Assembly (NCBI RefSeq): GCF_009834535.1
Contig: NC_045697.1
Location: forward strand, 85,934,001-85,998,000
DNA from: Camelus ferus
Lineage: Eukaryota
Direction of reading: 5' to 3'
Length of the DNA: 64,000 nt
Shown here: positions 1 to 14,486 of the stretch, piece after piece
Numbering within the stretch: position 1 is the first letter of the stretch
Layout: every line of letters starts with the position of its first letter
Made by a program: the position numbers and the translations under genes
Notes under the pieces: generated by a model
What the model saw: only the letters and a program-made list of their open reading frames with translations
Database searches by the model: none
What the model was told of the DNA's origin: nothing

Positions 1-2111
1 GTTTTTAACATAGACTTGGAAGTCCTAGCCACAGCAATCAGACAAGAGAGAGAAATAAAAGGTATCCAAATTGGAAAAGAAGAGGTAAAAGTGTCACTAT
101 ATGCTGACGACATGTTACTATATATAGAAAACCCTAAAAGATCCACACAAAAACTACTAGAGCTGATCGAAGAATTCAGCAAGGTAGCAGGTTACAAGAT
201 TAACGTTCAAAAATCAGTTGCATTTCTTTACACTAATGATGAATCAACAGAAAAAGAAAGTAAAGAAACAATCCCCTTTAAAATAGCACCCAAAGTAATA
301 AAATACCTAGGAATAAATCTAACCAAGGAGGTGAAAGAATTATACACAACTATAAACCATTGATGAAGGAAATTAAAGAAGACTTTAAAAAATGAGAAGA
401 TATCCCATGCTCTTGGATTGGAAGAATCAATATTGTTAAAATGGTCACACTGCCCAAGGCAATCTACAGATTTCATGCAATCCCTATCAAATTACCCAGG
501 ACACATTTCACAGAACTAAAACAAATCATAATCAAATTTATATGGAACCATCAAAGACCTAGAATTGCCAAAGCAGTACTGAAGAGAAAGAAAGAGGCTG
601 GAGGAATAACTCTCCCAGACTTCGGACAATACTATAGAGCTGCAGTCATCAAGACAGCATGGTATTGGAACAAAAACAGACATATAGACCAATGGAACAG
701 AGCCCAGAAATGAACCCACAAATTTCTGGTCAACTAATCTTCGACAAAGGAGGCAAGACTATACAATGGAATAAAGACAATCTCTTCAGCAAATGGTGTT
801 GGGAAAACCGGACAGCAGTATGTAAAATAGTGAAGCTAGAACACTCCCTTACACTATACACAAAAATCAACTCAAAATGGATCAAAGACTTAAACATAAG
901 ACAAGATACAATAAACCTCCTAGAGGGAAAATACAGGCAAAACATTATCTGACATACATCTCAAAAATTTTCTCCTAGAAGGAATAAAAGCAAGAATAAA
1001 CAAATGGGACCTAATGAAACTTACAAGCTTCTGCACAGCAAAGAAAACCAGAAGTAAAACAAAAAGACAACCTATAGAATGGGAGAACATTTTTGCAAAT
1101 GAAACCGACAAAGGCTTGATCTCCAGAATATATAAGCAGCTCATACGACTTAATAAGAAACAACCAAACAACCCAATCCAAAAATAGGCAGAAGACCTAA
1201 ACAAGCAATTCTCCAAGGAAGACATACAAATGATCAATAAGCACATGAAAAAATGCTCAATATCATTAATTATCAGAGAAATGCAAATCAAAACTACAAT
1301 GAGGTATCACCTCATGCCAGTCAGAATGGCCATCATTCAAAAATCCACAAACAACAAATGCTGGAGAGGCTGTGGAGAAAGGGGAACCCTCCTACACTGC
1401 TGGTGGGAATGCAGTTTGGTGCAGCCACTATGGAAAACAGTGCGGAGATTCCTCAAAAGACTAGGAATAGATTTACCAGATGACCCAGGAATCCCGCTCC
1501 TGGGCATATATCCAGAAGGGACTCTACTTCATAATGACACCTGCATCCCAACGTTCATAGCAGAATTATTTACAATAGCCAAGACATGGAAACAGCTTAA
1601 ATGTCCATCAACAGATGACTGGGTAAAGAAGAAGTGGTATATTTATACAATGTAATACTACTCAGCCATAAAAACCGACAACATAATGCCATTTGCAGCA
1701 ACATGGATGCTCCTGGAGAATGTCATTCTAAGTGAAGTAAGCCAGAAAGAGAAAGAAAAATACCATATGAGATTGCTTATATGTGGAATCTAAAAAACAA
1801 AAACAAACAAAAACACAAAGCATAAATACAGAACAGAAAGTCTCACAGACATAGAATACAAACTTGTGGTTGCCAAGGGGGTGGAGGGTGGGAAGGGATA
1901 GACGGGATTTCAAAATTGTAGAATAGATAAACAAGATTATACTGTATAGCACAGGGAAATATACACAAGATCTTACGGTAGCTCACAGAGAAAAAAATGT
2001 GACAATGAATATATATATGTTCATGTATAACTGAAAAATTGTGCTCTACACTGGAATTTGACACAACATTGTAAAATGATTATAAATCAATAAAAAATGT
2101 TAAAAAAAAAA
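1..2111 (+). mobile_element. Relatively young camelid LINE-1, 3' part: disrupted ORF2 RT/C-terminus, 3' UTR and A-tail; truncated by the window edge
   Basis: ORF fragments carry YADD (16..363), IKTAWYW and HCWWEC. ORF2 ends ..LICGI* at 1791-1793 and AATAAA plus an A-tail lie near 2089-2111. Several stops and frameshifts are present. Confidence 0.95.
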
Positions 2112-3172
2112 ACTAACTTTATGACCTAAAGGAAACAGAAAAAGAATAAATAAAGCCCAAAGTTAGAATGCACAAAGTAACAAAAATCAGATTAAAAATA
2201 AAATAGAGCCTAAAAAGTCAATAGAGAAGATCAATGAAACTAGGAGCTGGTTCTTAGAAAAGAAACAAAACTGGTAAATCTTAAGCTAGACTCACAAGAA
2301 AACAGAGGGCTCCAATAAATATAATCAGAATTAAAAGAGAAGTTACAACTGATACCACAGAAATACGAATTATAAGAGGCTACTATGAAAAACTACACGC
2401 CAAAAATTGGACAACCCAGAAAAAAAGGGATAAATTTATAGAAACATACAATCTTCCAAGACTGAATCAAGAAGAAATAGAAAATCTGAATAGACTAATT
2501 ACTAGTAAGGAGGTTGAATCAGTAATCAAAAACCTCCCAACAAATGTCCAGAGCCAGACAGCTTCACTCCTGAATTCTACCAAATATTTAATGATGATTG
2601 AATACGTATCCTTCTCAAACTCCTCCAAAAAACTGAAGAGGAAAGAATGCTTCTTTATTCATTCTACAACACCAGCAGCACCGTGATACCAAAATCAGAA
2701 AAGGATGCCACAAGAAAAGAAAATTACAGGCCAATATCCCTGATAAACAGATGCAAAAATCCTCAACAAAATATTAGCAAATGGAAATCAATAATACATT
2801 AAAAGAATCATGCAACATGAACAGGTGGGATTTATTCCAGGGGTACAAAGATCATTCAACATTCACAAATCAATGTGATACACCATGTTAACAACATAAA
2901 CATCATATCATCTCATATGGATTCAGAAAAAGCATTTAACAAAATTCAACATTCATTTCTGATTTAAAAAAAAAAAACTCTAAACAAAGTGGGCATAGAG
3001 GGAATGTACCTCAACATAATAAAGGCCATATTGACAAGCCCAAAGCTAACATCATAATCAACAGCGCATAGAAAAGAATAAAATACCTAGGAATAAATTT
3101 AACCCAACAGGTAAAAGATCTGTATACTGAAGACTTGTAAGACATTGAAAAAAGAAATTGAAGACACAAATA

Positions 3173-3589
3173 CAGGTTCTCCTGCTATTCAAAAGTAGAA
3201 CATTCCTATGAAGCCTTTTGTAAGCTGAAATGTCAAAAAGCAAAGAAGCAATTACTTTAGGACACTTCTTCCTAATGGATGCATTTAAACCGAGATAAAG
3301 CACAGATGCTCATAAACACAGTTCCAAGCTAAGGCAGCTTGATGCTGAGAGGCTTAGTATAGTTTCCAGGGAGGGTGCTTGGTGGTACCACTCTCACTGT
3401 TCAGGTGCATGCTGCTACTATGATGGCTCACTGCAAAGCACACACTGAACGCTATTTTTGCTTTTCACCTTTTTCATAAAAGCAAAAATCACTCTTAGAT
3501 TTCTGTTAGTTAGGAAAAACAGATACAATTAGGTCTTTCATAAAGGTGAAATGTAATAAAGCAAACTTTCAAAAAGCAGTGAATAACCA
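3173..3589. mobile_element. TcMar-Tigger-family non-autonomous DNA transposon (MITE) inserted into L1
   Basis: TA flanks at 3171-3172 and 3590-3591, with degenerate inverted termini (CAGGTTCTCCTGCTATTCAAAAGT / ACTTTCAAAAAGCAGTGAATAACC). Removing it restores the L1 sequence gaagacacaaaTAaatg..tattccatgctcatg. Confidence 0.8.
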
Positions 3590-4778
3590 TAAATGAAGAG
3601 TATTCCATGCTCATGAATTAAAGAATTAATATTGCTAAAATGACCATGTTACCCAAAGCAATCTACAGTTTTAATGTCATACCTATCAAAATCCCAATGG
3701 CATTTTTCAAAGAAATAGAACAATCCTAAATTTGTATGGCACCACAAAAAAAAAAAAAAAGAAAGAAAGAAAGAAACCAATAACCAAAGCAATCTTGGAA
3801 AAAAAGAACAAAGCTGGAGTCAGACTGCTCCTCGATTTCAAACAAACTATAGTAATAAAAACAATATGGTATTGGCATAAGAACAAATACATAGATCAAA
3901 GCAACAGAATAGAGTCCAGAAATAAACTTATGCATAGTCAATTAATATACAACAAAGGAGGCAAGAATATACAATGGGGAAAAGATAACCTCTTCAATTT
4001 ATAGTGCTAGAAAACTTGACATCATACGTAAAACAATGAAACCCAACTACTGGCTTACACCATACACAAAAATTAACTCAAAATGACTTGAATGTAAGAC
4101 CTGAAAGTATAAAACTCCTAGAAGAAAATATAGGTGATAAGTTCCTTGACATCAATCTTGGTGATGATTTTCTGAATCTGACTCCAGAAGAAAGGCAACA
4201 AAAGCAAAAATAATCAAGTTGGGACTACATCAAACTAAAAAGCTTCTGCATGGCAAAGAAAACCATCAGCAAAATGAAAAAGTAACTCACTGAATGAGAG
4301 AAAATATTTGCAAATCATATATCCAACAAAGAATTAATATCCAAAATATACAAAGAACTCATACAATTCTATAGCAAAAAAAAAATCAATTTGGTTAAAA
4401 AAATGGGCAAAGGATTTAAATATACACTTTTTCCAGATACGACATACAGATGGCCAACAGACACATGAAAAGATGTTTATGACATCACTAATCATCAACA
4501 CAAAGCAATACAAAATGCAAACCTCTAAACTGCAATGAGATATCACTTCATACCTGCCAGAATGGCTGTTATCAAAAAGACAGGAAATACCAAGTGTTGT
4601 TGAGGAGAAAGGGAACTCTTGTACACTGTTAGTGGGAATATAAATTGGTGCAGCCACTATGGGAAACAGTATGGAGGTTCCTCAAAAACTTAAAATTAGA
4701 ACTACCATATGATCCAGTAATTTCACTTCTAGGTATTTTTCTGAAGAAAACAAAACATTAATTCAAAAAGATACATAC

Positions 4779-4908
4779 AGGAGGTAGGGTACAGTTCAGT
4801 GGTAGAGTGTATGCTTAGCATGCATGAGGTCCTAGGTTCAATCCTCAGTACCTCCATTTAAAAAATAATTTAAAATAAATAAATAAATAAACATAATTAC
4901 CAAAAGAA
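4779..4908 (+). mobile_element. Vic-1-type camelid SINE (tRNA-Ala derived)
   Basis: A/B-box head (..cagtggtagagtgtatgcttagcatgcatgaggtcctaggttcaatcc), A-rich tail, TSD aaaaagatacatac / aaaaagatatatgc. Confidence 0.9.
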
Positions 4909-5926
4909 AAAAAGATATATGCACTTGTATGTCCTTTGCAACATTATTTACAATAGTCAATATAGGGAAGCAACCTAAGTACCCATCAATTGATAAATGA
5001 ATGAAGTTGTGGTTTACACATGAACACACACATATATACCCAATGGAGTATTACTCAGCCATAAAAAAGAAGGAAATCTTGCCATTTGCAACATGAATGT
5101 ACCTAGAGGGTATTATACTAAGTGAAATAAGTCAGAGAAAGACCATATGATTTCACTTGTATGTAGAGTCTAAAAAAACAAAACAAAATGAAAACAGATT
5201 CATAGATACAGAAAACAGAATAGTGGCTGGAGGAAAGAGGGGTTTGAGAGTGGGTGAAATGAGTGAAGGGGGTCAAGAGGTACCAATGTCAAGTTATAGA
5301 ATAAGTGGGGATGTAATATACATCATGGTGACTATAGTCAATAATAATGTAGTGCATATTTGAAAGTTGCCAAGAGAGTAAATCTTAAAAATTCTGATCA
5401 CAAGAAAAAAAAATTTTTTGTAGCTTTGTATAGGGTGACAGATAGTAACTAGACTTACTGTGGTGATCATTTCAGTGTATACAAATATTGAATCATTATG
5501 TTGTACACCTGAAACTAATAAAGTGTTGTATGCCAATTCTATCTCAAAAAAAAAAAAACATAAGCGTGGTCCATATGCAAAGCTGCTGTTGAGGAGCCTT
5601 AAATCCATAGGTATTTATCATTGCCAATCTATTGCAAGGAGTCTTCCTTTCTGCGGGGTTACTAAGAACTACGCAGGAAAACAAAAACTAAGAAATCCTT
5701 CCGAGAGCCTCTGATAGGACAGCATCAAAATCACAGATGGTCACTCAGGTAAATTGCTGAATAAGGAAATCCAAATTGTTATTCAGAAATAGGGAAGGAG
5801 GGCAAAGTAGCTGGACTGTGGGAAGACCTATCTGCTGAGGACTTATGACCCCCACTGCCCGCTTGCCCAAGGTCAGCTTTCCTTGGGCATCTTGAGAGAG
5901 GATTACCACTGATCTTGGTCACTAAC

Positions 5927-6150
5927 TCTGTTAGTCAGGGTCCTCCAGAAAAACAGACCAATAGGATACATACAACTGATTGGATGAGGTCCACCCAATA
6001 TGGAGGATAATCTGATGTACTCCAGTCTACTGATTCAAATATTAATTACGTCTAAAAAAAATATCTTCAAGGTAACATCAAGACTGGTATTTGAACAAGC
6101 AACTAGACACCATGAACTAGCCAACCTGAAACATAAAATTAATTATCATA
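5927..6150 (-). mobile_element. MLT2-type (ERVL) solo LTR remnant with internal deletion
   Basis: Both MLT2 termini in reverse orientation: ttagtcagggtcctccagaaaaacagaccaatagga ... acataaaattaattatcata. Confidence 0.7.
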
Positions 6151-7157
6151 CTAATGCACACATTGGGTTCACATATTTGGTTTTTGGATCCCCTGGTTAC
6201 ATCTCTAAGGCATGGAATAGTTTCACAGTATTTTGCAAATCTCTCAAATGTACCTCCTTTTTAAGGGAAGGAATTTGATTTTTTTCTTTAAATGCAGGTC
6301 AGATATTTAGCCTGTATTCACCCTGCATCTTATTTTGTTTAATGTTGTTAACAGGTTTTAACTATTTTGAATATCCACTCTGTCTTACTAGATATTTGCA
6401 CAGTGTGTTAACAACTAGATTTTTCTTTGTAAAATGTTAGCTGCTTAAACTGTCATTAAAGTGTAGTTTTAGATCCTCCTCTAATGCGAGAATGATGTTT
6501 TGATGTACACATAGGATTGGGCCTGTTTTGCAAATTTCCACTTAGATGAACAGCATCTATTTGTTCTTTTCTGGCTTTTTTGCTGAATTCTTTTAACTAC
6601 AATATATTTTTATTCAGGGAAAAAGTCGATTTTTCATTCAAGAAATGGGTAGTATAAGAACTTGAAGGGAATAAAGAAGGCACAGAGGCAGATAAATTGA
6701 GAAATACTTCCAAATACAAGAAAAGATGGTAAAACAGAGACAGTAAAAGAGGCAGCAAAATCAATGAAGCATCTCTGCATTCCCTGAAAATTCGATTAAC
6801 ATTTTGAGAGACTGTAGCAATCATCTTCAAGAGCCACAATTTCTTTAAACAGCAATAATTTGGAGATTGCTAATACTGCATAACATTTCTAAACAAGATT
6901 AGAGGGCCCTCAAACTGTCAGAATTATAAAATGAGTATAATAATGACTAAGTGCTGTTGACAGGTGGAAGCACCAGTCAGCAAGATCTATTGCTTTTCTT
7001 TGCATACTGACCTGAGTGTTATATTCCTATCCGACAAACAATGATGCTTGAAGAATAACTATAAAATCATGTCAGTGACCTACTTTTAGCTATTCAATGC
7101 TAGCTTATAAACATTCTACAATTTACTTCATTTCTTTGTGCAAGAAATATTGCTGAA

Positions 7158-7244
7158 GAAGGGGTAGCCCAGTGGTAGAGTGCATGTTTAGCATGCTCGA
7201 GGTCCTGGGTTCAATCTGTAGTACCTCTGTTTAAAAAAAAAAAA
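7158..7244 (+). mobile_element. Vic-1-type SINE (short form)
   Basis: tRNA-like head plus poly-A; TSD aaatattgctgaa (7145-7157) / aaatgttgctgaa (7245-7257). Confidence 0.9.
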
Positions 7245-7883
7245 AAATGTTGCTGAATTACCAACACATTAGATTGCTTTTAATGGCAAGATGTAACATA
7301 GAGGGAAAGATACAGCAAACACTAAACCACGGCAGATGATGAGCTTATTTTAAAAGACTGGAGATGTCAGCACGGTGTCTAGGTGGTCGAACTACCTCTA
7401 GACCTCCCATGGCTGCTCAGTGAGGACCTCGGCATGTGACGGGAGGCTCTAAATTCTGTCTTCAGGGGAAGCCACAATAAATCCTCACCCAACATGAAGG
7501 GAAACTCCTATACTGAACTATTTCAGAGAGTTCTAATTCACATTCACACAGGCTGGTGCAGTCCAGATGGGAAGCAGACCTGATTCATACAATCACTGTA
7601 GGGCATTGCTTCCCCAAAGGTAGGCCTAGGGCAGCAATCAGTGCCAGCACGAACCTACCTGTCAAGAAGCTCCTGACAGCCTTGTTCTGACAGGAATGCC
7701 TGAGAGCCCTCTGTCCTGCTCCTTACTAAATAAATCATTCTATTTCAGGGGTCCTCGGGAAAGTAGCAAATTTTCATAGGCAGCCCCACAGATCAGAGAT
7801 TGACCGTGCCCTTCACCTGTGGAGTGGTTCCACTGAGGCCATTCAAGTAAAATGAATCCACCTACCTCCAGGCCACAGATCAC

Positions 7884-8136
7884 GGGAGGGGTGTGGGGAT
7901 GAATGAAATGCGTGAGGGAGATTAAAAGGGGTACAAACTTCTAGTTACAAAATAAACTGAATCATGTGGATGAAATGTACAGTATGGTGAGTACAGTCAT
8001 TTATATTGTATATCATTGTACGGTGACAGATGATGACTATATATCATGGTGATCATTTTGTAATATACAGAAGTATCAAACCACTATGTGTGCACTGGAA
8101 CTAACTATTGTAGGTCAATTATACTTCAATAAAAAA
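7884..8136 (+). mobile_element. 5'-truncated LINE-1 3' end fragment
   Basis: gtacaaacttctagttacaaaataa ... tgtaggtcaattatacttcaataaaaaa, typical of an L1 3' UTR. Confidence 0.75.
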
Positions 8137-10689
8137 TATGTGGACACTGGGAGGAAATGCATCAAAATGCTAATGCTGGTTATCTGAGATTGAAAATTTC
8201 AGGTGATTGTTATTTTTTATTTTATGCTTTCATGCATTTCTAGTTTTCTGCAATGAACATGTATTGCTTGTGACATTTAAAAGAAAACTATGTCACTAAA
8301 AATGGAAAAAAATTGTTAAGGTAGATTTCATGTTAAGTGTTCTTACCACAATAAAAAATAAACATTTAAACTACTAAAGACATACATACATAAAATGTTT
8401 GAGTTCTTACAGAGCCAGACAATATTTAGAAACCTTGGTAGAAGCTCTTCAGGATAAAGAAGAAAAAAAATCAAAAGTTAGAAAAATAGAAGACTACGAT
8501 GAAAAGATCTTGCCATGTTATGGCCTGTTTATTGGGATAATTAAAACATACCAGAAAAGAGATGTAAACAGAAGGAAGTAAGAGTCAAGGAGAATCTTTA
8601 GAGTCAAAAAACTAGAAAGTCTACAAAATTTAGTAAAATTTTTGCTTTAATCTATTTTCTTTGCTCCACATAAAGCTGAAAACAAAACAACACAAAAAAT
8701 TAAAACAAGAGCAAACCCATTTTAAAAACAACCATAGACAGTCACAAAATTACCATGCAGGTTCACTTAAAACTTTACTCTGACCTAGAAATGTATTACA
8801 GGGAAAAAAACCTCAATGTAAGAGCACAATATATTAAACACTCAACAAAACCAAACATATATAATTCACACGAAAATCAAGTCAAGGGTCATTTCCTCAT
8901 GGACGAAATTCAAGGAAATCAGCAAACTCAGAGAGTAAGATTTGGGTACAGTTAGTTTAAAGAGACAAAGGCAGGAATTCAGATCAGACAACAAAACAAA
9001 CAGTAACTCAGGCTATAAGTCTTGCTAGGGTTCTAGTAAACGTCCTTGCTCAAAACATAAGGAAACAGAGTACCACATAAAGAATGGAGTTTGGTACTAA
9101 GACCTTCTGAGTGAGATACCTATATAATTCCCACCCAAGACCAGAACTTTTCAAATTAGAACTGATCTGAGCCTTTGTGCAAACAAGAAAGTACAGTGAG
9201 CTGGAGAGAGTGAGAGGAGGTGGGAAATTACTTTTTCAAACCATTATTCAGACTTCTGACAAACTTGAAAGGATAAAAACAATGCTTCTGCTTTCTGACC
9301 CTTAACAGATATTTAAAAATAAAGACACACTTCTATTCTTAAAATCCATTATTCTTCCTTTTAAGCTGAGTTAGAGTTCTTATCGACCTACTTTTTAGGT
9401 ATATTTCACTAATGCTATGAGAACGCCATCAACCTACATTGAGTTGATCCACGTAGATAATTCAGGATTAAGTCAGGAACGATTAAAGAATGAAACTGAG
9501 TGGCTTACATATTTCAACTGGGAAAAAGAAGAAAGAAAATTGTTTTAAAGACAATCTGTACATTGTGCATTGTAGTACATAATGTAGAAATTAATTTTTA
9601 AAAGAGACAATTGGATAACAGAAGAGAGAAGGAAAGTAATATTTTGGTTGTGTGGCTAGAGAAAGCTGAATCAAAACAACCAGGGATCTTGAGATGACAT
9701 TACTCTCTAAGAGGTATAAAAAGATTGCTAACTGCCTACCCAATATCTGTTGCAATGAACGACTCTATTGTTGAGATAGCATAGAGTACTATTATTTGTG
9801 GACATTTTATTTGAGGCTTAGCAAGAATGGCCGAGAAAAATGACTTTCTTTCCTAAGAGGAGTCCAGATAGCTATTCAATACACATGCTTTCATACAAAA
9901 AATATATATATGGTATCAACAACCCAGGAGTAATAATTTGAGAAGTCCAAATTTTATACAGAGCACCAGAAAATGTCAGTAACAGCAGCAATAAGCTTGG
10001 CTAACAATTAACTACTGTCCCATATCCCCCAGCCTCCCTTGCTGATATGGCCTGTGGAACATAAAGTTATTGGGTGGAGCTTCTGGGAAAGTTCTTTAAA
10101 CAGGGTTGACTCACTTAAAAGGGTTATTATTTTTCTTTTCCCCTTGCATCCCTCTAGAATGCAGATGCAATTACTAGAGGCCCATTGTGATAGTGGAGTG
10201 GTCTTGAAGATGAAGCAACAAGGTAATGACGGAGTAACAGAAAGTAAGTCTGGAGTTACCCATTCAGTCCAAGACTGGCTAATTCCAGCCTTCAGGCCAT
10301 GTGAGAGGAAAGCAAGCTCCCTATCTTATTTAAACCACTTGATTTCGAAATTTCTTCTATTAGCAAATGTTTGCAAGTCCCAAATTGGCTGAGAGAGCTT
10401 ATAGAGTGAATGAATCTAGTTGAGAGTATTCCATTAGATTCTCATAGACTCATTTACATATACCATGATAGGCAAAGTCTAAAGCAAATACCTTTATAAT
10501 GAGAAGGGAGTTGAAGGAACCCACCTGAACACATGGAGCTTTTCCTCTTTAGTCAAGTGTACTATTAAAGTTGTACCCAATTTTTTTTTGATCAAAATAA
10601 ATTCCTATTTCCAAATCCATTTCTATACGTGAGTGATGATCTGAGTTTTAGGAAAAAAACCCAACCAAGCTTTAAAACCTGGCTCTAGA

Positions 10690-12290
10690 CCTCAAAAGCA
10701 CAGGAAACAGAAGAAAATCTAGATAAATTGGATTTTATCAAAATTAAGTTTTATTCATCAAAGGCTACTCTTAAGAGTGAAAAGATGACCCTCAGGAGAG
10801 GAAAAAATAATTGCAAATCATCTCTCTTACAAGGTATTAATATTCAGAATATATAAAGAACTACAACTCAACAACAAAATAGCAAACAACTCAGTTCAAA
10901 AATGTAGAAAGGACCTGAATAGACATTTCTCCAAAGACGACCTACCAATAGCCAATAAACACATGAAAAGACGTTCAACATCACTCGTCATTAGGAGAAT
11001 GGAATTCAAAACCACAGTAAGATACTACTTCACACCTATCAGAATGTCTATTATCAAAATAACACACACAAAAATAACAAGATTGCTGAGGATGTGGAGA
11101 AAATGGAACATTTGTGCATTGCCAGTGGGAATATGTAAAATGGTGTAGCCACTATGGAATACAGAGATTCTTCAGAAAGGTAAAAATAGAGCTATCATAT
11201 GAGCTGCTGATCCACTACTAGGTACCCGCCTACAAGATTGAAAGTAGTGACTCAGACAGGTGTTTGTACAGAAGCAGCATTATTCACTATAGCCAAGCAG
11301 TGGAAATAACCCAACAACTCAAAGATGAGCAAAATGTAATACAGATATACATACACACACACAATGGAACTTCATTTTACCTTAAGAAGGAATGAAATTA
11401 TGATAATATGCCCCAACATGGATGAACTTTATAAACACTATGCTAAGTGAAATAAGCAGACACAAAAGAGTAAGTACTGTGATTTCATTTATATGAGGTA
11501 CCAGACGAGATGGTTGATTTTATGTGTCAACTTGACTGGGCTAAGAGCTGCCCAGAGAGCTGGAAAAACACTGTTTCTGGGTATGTCTGTGAAAAAAACT
11601 ATTATTTGAATCAGTAGGCTGTGTAAAGAAGACAGCCCTCCTCGATTTGGTTAGGATCATCCAATCCCTTGAAGGCCTGACAAAATAAAAAGGCAGAAGA
11701 AAGATAAATTCACTACCTCTGCTTAAGATGAGACATTCACCTTCTCCTGCCCTTGGACATGGTGCTCCTGGTTCTCAAGCTTTTGAACTCAGACTAGAAC
11801 TTACACCATTGGCAGCCCAATTCTCAGGACTTTGAACTTGAACTAAATTACACCACCAGCTTTCCTGGTTCTCCATCTTGTAGACAACAGATCTTGGAAT
11901 TCCTTAGCCTTCACAACCACATGAGCCAACTCTTATAATAAATCTCCTCTTACAAATACAAGTATTTATATATAAGTATATATATTAAGATATATATATA
12001 TGTGTGTGTGTATATCTCCTTGGTTGGTTCTGTTTCTTAGGAAAACCCTGACTAATACACTAGAGTAATCAAAGTCAAAGAGATAGAAAGTAGAATAAAG
12101 GTTTCCAGGGGTTGAGTGAAGAGGGGAATGAGAAGTTACTGTTTAATACGTACAGAAATTCTGTTTGGGCTGATGCAGAGCCCTGGAAATGTATAGAGGT
12201 CATGGCTGTACCACACTGTGAATGTACTTAATATTACTGAATTATACATCTTAAAATGGTTAAAATGGTAACTTTTATATTATGTGTTTT
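10690..12290 (+). mobile_element. Ancient LINE-1 3' region (L1MB-like), split by an MLT2 LTR
   Basis: ORF2 C-terminal remnant (ORF 10963..11148, [28 protein letters not shown]) and the L1MB-type 3' UTR aaaatggttaaaatggta. Confidence 0.85.
11506..12059 (+). mobile_element. MLT2-type solo LTR
   Basis: Starts gatggttgattttatgtgtcaacttgactgggc and ends ggaaaaccctgactaataca; 5-bp TSD ccaga/ctaga; internal (TA)n/(TG)n tract. Confidence 0.88.
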
Positions 12291-14486
12291 AAAAAACTAG
12301 TTTTCATATGCATTAACCGTGAAACAAATAAAGCAGGTGGGAATTTCCAGAGTTAAAACAGTTCAAAATACCTACCCTGCAGGGACAATTATGGATTAAA
12401 TGAAATATAAATCTTATGGATGAAAGTTACACAGTTAGAGTCTTACATGAGGTAATATGCAGGGCACCTTGCTCAGTACCTGAAACACTGGAAGCAGTTG
12501 TAAAAGTCAGCCAACCATGTTAGGTAATGGAGTCAGCAGCAGCAGTAACTGTAGCTACGGTAATAAAAGTGTCAGATAATTTTAACTGGAGACAAGGCAG
12601 AATCTGGATATTCAGAAACACAGGGGATTATTTTAAAAATGCCATTTGCCAGAAAATGACAAAATCAATGGGAATATCAGAGGTTGGCCAAAGAGCTTTG
12701 CTACCACATGAAGTTCTAGCACAGAGCCCTTAGACTGCCCTGAGCAGTGGGTTACCAGCCACATAAGGTTGGTTTGTAGATTTCAAAAAACAAAAACAAA
12801 AACTAAAAATCCTTGCTTACTGTGTATGCAAAACCCTTGCCCTAACTTGACTAAAAGTTCTCAGAGAACCTATTTGTATTATAGTGAATTGAAAACAGAA
12901 AGAGAGACACTAAGTTACAACTGAAACTTAAACCACCACTGAACGATATACCCTAAATAACAGAAATTCCATATGCTGGTCTGGTGCTTCCTGACTGAGC
13001 AAAATAATGTATGGAGATGAGTTAATGGTAACCCATATGAAACCCCAAAAGTCAGTACCCATATAGGCCAGTCCTTGCATAAAGTCACAGACAGAAAAGC
13101 ACAGTTCAGAAACCAGAAGCATATTCAACAGAACTCACATCTTTACACGCATCCAAGAACACGAAGCGATGCTGAACTTACAACTCACAATAATGCTTCT
13201 CAAATACCCATTTCCTCCTCTCTCCAAATCTCTCATTCCACAGATGCTCCATCCACCACCTTTCATAACCAAACCTCAACACGTGTTCTAATCTCTGCCT
13301 GTGTATCTCTTTTCAAAATCTCTGCCACTTTCCTTGGTTCTTTCAGAGACTCCAATTGTTTTCCCATCCCTCCATTTTCCTGATTCTGCTTCAGAGTCTG
13401 GCTGGTACAAACATAACCCTTCAGGAGAGCTGGCAGGAAAAGGTAAGGAGGAAGGCAGGCTAGAAGCATAAACTGGTCAATCTCCCTATCTCATGCTCAG
13501 TTTTCAGTTATAATTTTAAAGATGAGTCAGAAAACTGGCAGACCAAATCTGATAACTGCTACCCATGTGCTTAGGTCCCTTTTAGTTCAAGTTCCATGGA
13601 TGTAGCAGTCAGGGTTCATCTTCGTGCTCCAGCCATGATAGCATCTAGCAGGCCTGACATATAGGAGCTATGAAATAAAGACCTACTAGTTGATACGACA
13701 ATTCGAGGCTAAGAAAGAAATTTCCTAAAACAGAACAGCTTCAGGGGTTCTGACCTAGTCTGTTCGTTAACAGCTTGAAGAGTGTCAGCTCCTGCCTTTC
13801 CTAGACTCTGTAAACTCCTACCCATAAACACAATATGAGAACGTCTAAATCCTCAGCACATCAATGACTGGGGGACTGGAATAGTTTTGTTGGCATAGTC
13901 TATGTCATGGGGTAAACTGGGAGTAAGCCTCAATCACAGGCTCCCCTCCCTGTCCTCAGGTTGACCTGCTCTGTATACTTACCATCGTGCATGCTTTGGT
14001 TCTCTTGTTTTAACAATGCTGATCAAGGTAAAGTAAATATAAGAAAACTTTGTCCTTGAGTTTCAAACAACAGTGTTCAGTTAGCATGGCTTCTCAGAAG
14101 CAACAGATGTTATTTTATTCTATTGGTTCTAAAAGATCAAAGACAAAAACAATGTTCAGCGATACATCAGATTAGCGTGTTTCTTCTTTGACCTAAGTCA
14201 GCATAGATAGACCCAACTCTAATTCAGTTCTTTTTGAATGATTCCATTTGGAAAATCTGGAAGATTGACAAGAAAGACCAACTGTATCAATTAAAATTCT
14301 CCTTTGCTTGGAAACCAGGTGATAATGAACAGCACATATCTCCAAGGGGCTGACAAGAGGAAGATGCATGTACAAATAAATGGTTTGAGTAATATAAATT
14401 CACAAGGACTGTTCAATTAAGGTCTCTGAATTTTTTTAAGACATCTATGTCAGTGTTAAAATTAGTGAATATAGTATTGGTTATTA

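Larger units (their letters stand above)
2112..5558 (+). mobile_element. Older, degraded LINE-1 (ORF2 remnant and 3' end, L1MA9/L1_Art-like), interrupted by a Tigger MITE and a SINE
   Basis: Continuous L1 ORF2-like sequence (aattacaggccaatatccctgat, ccatacacaaaaattaactcaaaatg); 3' end tgttgtacacctgaaactaat followed by an A-tail; internal deletion near 3060. Confidence 0.9.

Noticed and set aside
16..1655. L1 ORF2-like ORFs (16..363, 441..713, 659..952, 1230..1655) as a functional reverse-transcriptase gene
   Set aside because: They are fragments in different frames, separated by stops and frameshifts; this is a dead L1 copy.
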